This document shows positions 58,372 through 64,000 of a stretch of DNA of 64,000 bases, piece by piece. Source of the DNA: Parcubacteria group bacterium. Lineage in GTDB: Bacteria > Patescibacteriota > Minisyncoccia > Moranbacterales > GCA-2747515. Position 1 is the first letter of the stretch. Each line of letters begins with the position of its first letter. The stretch is taken from contig JBAZXC010000003.1 in assembly GCA_041660065.1 (NCBI GenBank), forward strand, positions 1,495-65,494, in the 5' to 3' direction. Under the pieces are notes generated by a model. The model was not told where the DNA came from and ran no database searches. It saw only the letters and a program-made list of their open reading frames with translations. The position numbers were made by a program, and so were the translations under genes.

Positions 58372-60639
58372 TTAGTCGCGTTTTTCGTTTTTGATTGGCA
58401 GAGTGAACCACACTGTTGTGCCGTGTTGTAGTTGTGAATAAAATCCAATCGTACCATCACACATGTCAATGATCGTTTTTGCGATGAATAGACCCAAGCC
58501 CGTGCCTTCGGAATATTGTGCCTGTACGTTTGATGCACGGTAGAAGCGTTCAAATATGCGCCCTTGCTCTTGCGGAGGAATGCCGATGCCGGTATCTGTA
58601 ATTGTCACACGAATGCGATCGGGAATCTCCTCTACGGTGAAAGAGATGAGGCCTTTCTCCGGTGTGTATTTGATCGCATTGGAGAAGATATTTACGATCA
58701 CTTGGCGGATAAGGATCGGGTCCATATCAACGAGGGGGAGATGTTCTGCATAATGTGTGGTGACGATGATGTCTTTGGATTTATAATGAACCTCCATCTC
58801 ATGAAAGATATCTGTGAGCAGATCGGTGATTTTTGATGGCGTTTTTTTGACTGTGACCCTGCCCATCTCGATGCGATTGATACTTAGGATGTCGCTGACC
58901 AAAAGTGCAAGGCGATTTGTGGATGCATAGGCTTCATCGAGAAACTTTTTTTGTTTGGCATTGAGATCGCCGGTTTTCTGTTCGCGCAGGAGCTCGATCA
59001 GCCACTTGATCGATGTGAGTGGTGTGCGCAATTGATGCGATACAAGTGAAACAAAAGTATCTTTGGCGATTTCCATTTCTTTTTCTCTCGTGATGTCTTT
59101 GCCGATACCGACAAAGAAGATGATATTGTGAAATTCATCAAATATCGGCGCAATAGAGAGTGCCACATGGTATTCTTTACCAAAGATCGTTTTGTTCTTT
59201 ATATTGCCGACAAAGGGCTCCTTTTTTGTTTTGATCGTGCGCCAGATGTCATCGTATTTTTGCTTGTCAGTTTGTCCGCCCCAAAAATGTGTAGCGGCAT
59301 CGGGAAGAGAAAAAATGTCATCATGCGATAAACCACTGATATTTTCTGCTGCAGTGTTGGCATAGACCATCTTGCCAAATATGTCGGTAATGATGATGAA
59401 GTCTGATGTACTGTCTGCTGCGCGTTTGAATTTTTCTAGATCATGTGCGAGCGCATCGGAGAGGGATCGAGATCTTTCCGTTTCTTTTAGTGCGCGAGTT
59501 GTCTCCTGAGTGCTTTCGTCGAGTCTTTGGGTCATGATGTTAAAGAATGTGGCAAGCTCGCCGATCTCATCTTTGGATGTGTAGGTAATCTTTTGAGAAA
59601 AGTCCCCGGAGGCAACAAGCGCAGATGTGCGCTTGAGTTCTTTGACGGGGCGGAGGACAAATCGATGTAGGAGAATATAAAAAATGATGATAAAAACAGC
59701 AAAAACGATGGCAATGGTCGCGAGTTCGATCATAAAAGCATTGCGGTTGGTAATGAGCATCGGAGTGATGTCATGTGCGACGATCACTGTGGCGATCGTT
59801 TCATCGTTTTCATTTTTGATCGGAAAACCCGCACATAAAAACTTTTTCTCATCGGCGGTGATTTCCCTGTAAAGCGAGCGATCTTGCACTAACGTGTCGA
59901 TCTCTATACCGGACACACATAATGTCGTGGCGCTGTCATGCGTCTTTGTTTCTGCCAAAAGCACGTAATTTGGACGATCATCCCATGTATCCGGCTGACC
60001 TTTCCGTTCGGCACTTGCGATGAAATCATCATGATCAAGGTGGGATTTTTTGCCATAAATCGCGAAATCGTCGCTGGTTTCATAGGCAAGTGTTTCCAAA
60101 AAATTGGTGATCTCACGACCGAGTTCGATATAGCCGATGAGTGTGTCGCCGTCATAATATGGCGTTACGATACGCAGAGCAAAGGAGTTTTTGCCGAGTT
60201 CCAGACTATTTTCCGTCTTGTGAGAAACAACAGACCGGAGAAAAGATTGACGCTGGATATGATCGTCGAATGTCTGTGGATCCTGCAAACGTAAAAAGAT
60301 TTTTTCATTTGGTGTGATGAAATTGAAATGCGTTACGCCGTAAGTGCCACGCGCCTCTGCAAAAAATGGTTGCATTTTTTGATACAGGAGGTCACGGTCG
60401 CCTGTGAGGAAAGCGTCTTTGATCTCTTGATTTGCAGTAAAAAAATATGCACCGAGAGAAAGCATTTGAATGTCTTGCGCGCGCAGATTTTCAAATTTCT
60501 TTTGTGTCTCGTCGGCATATGTGACGACTTGTTTTTGCGTCAATGTGCGGATATTGAGGATGCTGACATAATAGGAAACACACCCGATGCCAATCGCGAG
60601 AAAAAACAATACATATAAGAATTTTGTTTTGAGTTTCAT
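58372..60639 (-). CDS. sensor histidine kinase (Cache-HAMP-PAS-HisKA-HATPase)
   Basis: 2 TM, DEIGELA..FN.M, PAS, SHQLRTPL, NAIKY, DTGIG, GTGLGL. Confidence 0.93.
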   Translation of the reverse strand: MKLKTKFLYVLFFLAIGIGCVSYYVSILNIRTLTQKQVVTYADETQKKFENLRAQDIQMLSLGAYFFTANQEIKDAFLTGDRDLLYQKMQPFFAEARGTYGVTHFNFITPNEKIFLRLQDPQTFDDHIQRQSFLRSVVSHKTENSLELGKNSFALRIVTPYYDGDTLIGYIELGREITNFLETLAYETSDDFAIYGKKSHLDHDDFIASAERKGQPDTWDDRPNYVLLAETKTHDSATTLCVSGIEIDTLVQDRSLYREITADEKKFLCAGFPIKNENDETIATVIVAHDITPMLITNRNAFMIELATIAIVFAVFIIIFYILLHRFVLRPVKELKRTSALVASGDFSQKITYTSKDEIGELATFFNIMTQRLDESTQETTRALKETERSRSLSDALAHDLEKFKRAADSTSDFIIITDIFGKMVYANTAAENISGLSHDDIFSLPDAATHFWGGQTDKQKYDDIWRTIKTKKEPFVGNIKNKTIFGKEYHVALSIAPIFDEFHNIIFFVGIGKDITREKEMEIAKDTFVSLVSHQLRTPLTSIKWLIELLREQKTGDLNAKQKKFLDEAYASTNRLALLVSDILSINRIEMGRVTVKKTPSKITDLLTDIFHEMEVHYKSKDIIVTTHYAEHLPLVDMDPILIRQVIVNIFSNAIKYTPEKGLISFTVEEIPDRIRVTITDTGIGIPPQEQGRIFERFYRASNVQAQYSEGTGLGLFIAKTIIDMCDGTIGFYSQLQHGTTVWFTLPIKNEKRD

Positions 60640-60794
60640 TTCCTCTATTGTAATGCAAAAACATACTTTTTTCAATATTTATAAATCATTGCCAAATAAA
60701 AAATACTTTGCTAGGCTTGGGGCTAGTAACTTAAAATATGTTTGAAACGGCATGATCGAAAACTCTCGAATAAATAATCTGATGGAGGTGTTAT

Positions 60795-62063
60795 ATGGGT
60801 GAGGGCGTAGGACGGAGTGGCAGAAGCAGCGCATCGAGTAGTGGCAGTGAGGGTGGTATAAGAGCGACTTCAACGGGTGCTCGTGGTCTAATTGGCACTC
60901 GAGGTGCTTATACTGGCGGTGCAAGTGCCTGTGATAGAGAAGGCTGTGCAGAGGGACGGAGCTTTTCTGACTATGAAAAAATTGATCCACCTGTATTTCG
61001 AGACGATCAGCCGTCTGACATGCCAGTAAAAGAGTCTAGAGGGTATAAATTTTGTGCTGTGGCAACAGTCATCTATGAGGGCAACGAGGATCATCCAATG
61101 GTTGAGAGGTTGAGACAATTTCGCGATAACCGATTGATGATGTATCCACGGGGTCGGAAGTTTATCGATTTTTACTACAATGGCTTCGGCTTTCGGCTTG
61201 CATTGATTATGTGGAGATATTTTCCGCAGGTTTTGCCAATCGTCAGAAAATTGTTTGATCGGATCATTCCATCGTTGCCAACAAGTCTCATCACAGAGAA
61301 CAAAGAAATTCCAGCAGATGTTTTTACAATGGACTTTGTAAAATTTTGTTTGGTGTGTACTGATTTTTTACACAAAAAAGCAAAAGCACGCGAAGCAAAA
61401 TGTCTCTGTGTGGGACTCAGTGGCGGGATTGATTCGGCGTTGGTTGCAAAAATGTGCAAATTGACCGGCATGGAGGTAGTGGCGATCACCATATCTGGCG
61501 AGGGATTTATTCGCGAGCAAGATGTGTGTGATGCACAGACAGTGGCAACACATCTCGGCATTCGGCACATTGTGCTGGACATGACCGATCTTTTTGAAAA
61601 AGCTGTCATGTATAATCTGCCAAATCATGCGCACATTATCATGGGTTTGCGCAATACAGTGATCAAGGAAGTTGCTGAGAGTTTGGGAGGATTTTTGATC
61701 GGTACCAGCGTGAAAACGGAATTGTATAGTGGGCTTTTTTCTCCCAATTCAATGGCAGGCGCGACGCAACCATTGGAAAGTCTTTTCAAAACGCAGGTAT
61801 ATGCCCTTGCAGATTATCTCAACCTTCCAGATTGTGTCTTGAAAAAACCAAGTCACAGTGGTATCAATGGTGATGGCGATGATTCTTTCTTTGGACTGGG
61901 TTGTGCATTATTTGATTGGGTGGCATATCTTATAGAAAGAGAGTTATCTACAAAGGAGATTGCAAGTGAGACAGGTGTTGAGAAATGTGTTATCGATGCG
62001 ATAAAACGCCAAAAGAAACTCTCCGATGAACTGCTGAGTTTTCCTGAACTACATTTCAAATGA
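60795..62063 (+). CDS. NadE-like ATP pyrophosphatase fused to N-terminal CFI-box-like domain
   Basis: FCAVAT.IY...V.RLRQFRD..L...GR.FI.FYY; GLSGGIDS, GT..KTE, PL..LFKTQVY.LA. Confidence 0.75.
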   Translation: MGEGVGRSGRSSASSSGSEGGIRATSTGARGLIGTRGAYTGGASACDREGCAEGRSFSDYEKIDPPVFRDDQPSDMPVKESRGYKFCAVATVIYEGNEDHPMVERLRQFRDNRLMMYPRGRKFIDFYYNGFGFRLALIMWRYFPQVLPIVRKLFDRIIPSLPTSLITENKEIPADVFTMDFVKFCLVCTDFLHKKAKAREAKCLCVGLSGGIDSALVAKMCKLTGMEVVAITISGEGFIREQDVCDAQTVATHLGIRHIVLDMTDLFEKAVMYNLPNHAHIIMGLRNTVIKEVAESLGGFLIGTSVKTELYSGLFSPNSMAGATQPLESLFKTQVYALADYLNLPDCVLKKPSHSGINGDGDDSFFGLGCALFDWVAYLIERELSTKEIASETGVEKCVIDAIKRQKKLSDELLSFPELHFK

Positions 62064-62201
62064 TCACGGAACATATGGTCCGTCATGCTTCACAAGCAAG
62101 GCGGACTATTTTTTGTTAAATTTTAGGATAAATAAAAAAGGGAAGCACATTTTTTTGCCTCCCTGGTCAAAAGATTATTGTTCGAATTATTTGTTCAAAA
62201 T

Positions 62202-62528
62202 TCACACGTCTTTCTTTGTATGATCAAGACTTTTATTTTCAGCTCGTTTTTCAAGTCTAGCAGTTTTTATGTAGATATATGCGAGAAAGATAACTACTAG
62301 GACTGTGAGAAAATCATACAATCTCATGCACCACACCCAATTTCTCACTTTTGGAAAACTTATGTAAAGTATTCCGTAACAAATGGACAATAAACCATAC
62401 AGACTCATCAAAGGTATTGCGCTTAAGGCACATTCTCTGGCCTCGTTTTTGCAATTTTCAGGCGTAATTTTGCATTTGTCGCATAATTCGCCATACTCTT
62501 TCTCATGATTGCATTTATGATTTTTCAT
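62202..62528 (-). CDS. small membrane protein with N-terminal Cys/His cluster
   Basis: C.H...CDKC then 2 TM; start overlaps the upstream stop. Confidence 0.6.
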   Translation of the reverse strand: MKNHKCNHEKEYGELCDKCKITPENCKNEARECALSAIPLMSLYGLLSICYGILYISFPKVRNWVWCMRLYDFLTVLVVIFLAYIYIKTARLEKRAENKSLDHTKKDV

Positions 62529-62776
62529 TCTTCATCCTCTCCACTTTGATCAGTAAAAATTATGAAGCTTAGTGTAAGAGCTAGCAACAAAAAAATAAGG
62601 GATATCAATATGGAAAACATTTCTAGTCCCGGAGGATTTTCTGATGTGTCATACCAGATATCCGTCCCGTTCACTGCAGAACAAATGGTCATACAAAAAA
62701 TGATTATCCACAGACTGAAATACATACCTTTTGCATAATATTTTTTGGATCCTTGATTTGATTTTTTACTTTCCAC
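62525..62776 (-). CDS. small 2-TM membrane protein
   Basis: 83 aa, translationally coupled. Confidence 0.6.
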   Translation of the reverse strand: MESKKSNQGSKKYYAKGMYFSLWIIIFCMTICSAVNGTDIWYDTSENPPGLEMFSILISLIFLLLALTLSFIIFTDQSGEDEE

Positions 62777-63275
62777 TTTTCACCCCCTCCGCTTTACGGA
62801 TGATATCGGCGTGATCCGGATATTTTTCCGCGAATCGCTTTTTGACCTCAAATTCTTTTTTGTGCTTCCATTTTTTTCCGCGACGAACGGATAGCGTGTG
62901 AAATACGATGGATAAAAAACCGAATAATAGAATAACTTTTGTTGTGTGGGGTGAACTGGGCGCCATGGCAAGTGTCACCATACAAATACAAAAGCAACTT
63001 AAGCCAAGAAAACTAAAAAGGCTTTTTCTCTCAGTAGAGATTTTTTCTTCAACAAAAAAATCTCTTTTGGCGTGTGCTTCTGCGAGTTTGGTTTGGCAAA
63101 CAATCCGCCCGATCGGCTCTATGCTATTGCATTCGGGACATTTTTCTCCGATCCGCATGCCACAATTTCGACAAAAGATCCCACATTCTCCCCGGTGATC
63201 GCATTCCAATGGTATGCCACATTGACTACAAAACTTCCCGTGTTCGTCTTCGTGCATGCATTTATTTGATCCCAT
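62766..63275 (-). CDS. double zinc-ribbon membrane protein
   Basis: FCSQCG, FCRNCG, CPEC, then 2 TM. Confidence 0.7.
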   Translation of the reverse strand: MGSNKCMHEDEHGKFCSQCGIPLECDHRGECGIFCRNCGMRIGEKCPECNSIEPIGRIVCQTKLAEAHAKRDFFVEEKISTERKSLFSFLGLSCFCICMVTLAMAPSSPHTTKVILLFGFLSIVFHTLSVRRGKKWKHKKEFEVKKRFAEKYPDHADIIRKAEGVKSGK

Positions 63276-63915
63276 TTTCTCCTCCTTCCGTATTTTGTGC
63301 CAGTCGAAACATTTCATCAAGGAATTGCGCATCTTTTAGAACTTTTTTGGCATACATCCTTCGTCCTGAAAGCGAGTTTGGATAGACAAAAAACAGACGT
63401 ACAACTATAGCCAAGAGTCCAAAGCCGACACTGATCACTGTTAGCAAGCTCTTCACTATGTTCCAAGGTGTAAAGATCGATCCTTCAGCACAGCCCATCA
63501 TTACAAAAGAAATGATCAATGCCATGGCTATGAGCTTGAGACTAAAAGTTACTTCAGCCCAAAAAATTTTTGTAAAGTCAACAGTTTCCGTCAGGTCGTA
63601 TGTTTGTAATCCTCCGCGACCAAAGTATTCATAAAATTCCATATCGAGAATGTCAGCAAATTTTTCTTTGCAATCTTTTACTATCCCATCAAACTGCTCC
63701 GAATTGCACACCCCATCATAACAACTAAAATATGTCAGTTTAGTATTTTCTTCAACGAGTGGCGTGATGGCTTTCTCAAAAGTGGTTCGTCCGCTCAGGA
63801 CATCTTCTACCAAAGGTCTTTCCTTTCTCCATTTAGTACCAATGCTTTTGATGGCATGTTGATGGAGATATTTTGGGAGAGATTTCACTTTTTGCAACAA
63901 TGTGAGTAATGACAT
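63262..63915 (-). CDS. 2-TM membrane protein
   Basis: GGAGG SD, C-terminal TM pair, coupled to the next gene. Confidence 0.65.
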   Translation of the reverse strand: MSLLTLLQKVKSLPKYLHQHAIKSIGTKWRKERPLVEDVLSGRTTFEKAITPLVEENTKLTYFSCYDGVCNSEQFDGIVKDCKEKFADILDMEFYEYFGRGGLQTYDLTETVDFTKIFWAEVTFSLKLIAMALIISFVMMGCAEGSIFTPWNIVKSLLTVISVGFGLLAIVVRLFFVYPNSLSGRRMYAKKVLKDAQFLDEMFRLAQNTEGGENGIK

Positions 63916-64000
63916 TTTTTGATCCTCCGTGAGAGTATTTTATTGTTAAACAACTTTCCGATTTTCAGCGACCGTGTAAATTATCACAGTAGTTTATAAA

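Noticed and set aside
1-64000. Alternative genetic code (UGA read-through)
   Set aside because: Conserved genes are full length in code 11 and several end at TGA at the expected position (e.g. rsgA, response regulator, purE).

Overview
Bacterial chromosome segment. A Lys-rich RpoD N-terminus, compact genes, many near-leaderless promoters and short GC-rich palindromes suggest Patescibacteria/CPR (inference). It opens with dnaG (5'-truncated) and rpoD. Next is a tRNA-Asn(GTT) locus preceded by three tRNA 5'-end copies interrupted by palindromes and interleaved with two small GIY-YIG genes (one intact, one broken). Two AT-rich integrative elements sit in tandem at the tRNA 3' end (~4165-16130 and ~16125-28555). 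Each is headed by a large serine recombinase whose C-terminal tail appears split off at the att site. Element 1 carries an AAA_25 helicase and a 2262-aa nuclease-STAND (Avs-like) protein with an extra C-terminal Cys/His domain. Element 2 carries a tyrosine recombinase, a type II RM system plus Vsr, a Panacea TA pair and an OLD-family nuclease. Three structured RNA-like leaders with a shared loop-to-downstream complementarity lie in these elements. The rest (28.6-64 kb) is mostly singleton genes: ornithine cyclodeaminase under an apparent proline leader-peptide attenuator, rsgA, NUDIX, htpX, TPM-PspA, purE, DHH protein, MarR, RimK-like ligase, ABC exporter, TrmB, nested REP-like palindromes, a two-component pair and a CFI-box/NadE fusion. 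All calls come from reading motifs by eye; no database searches were run.
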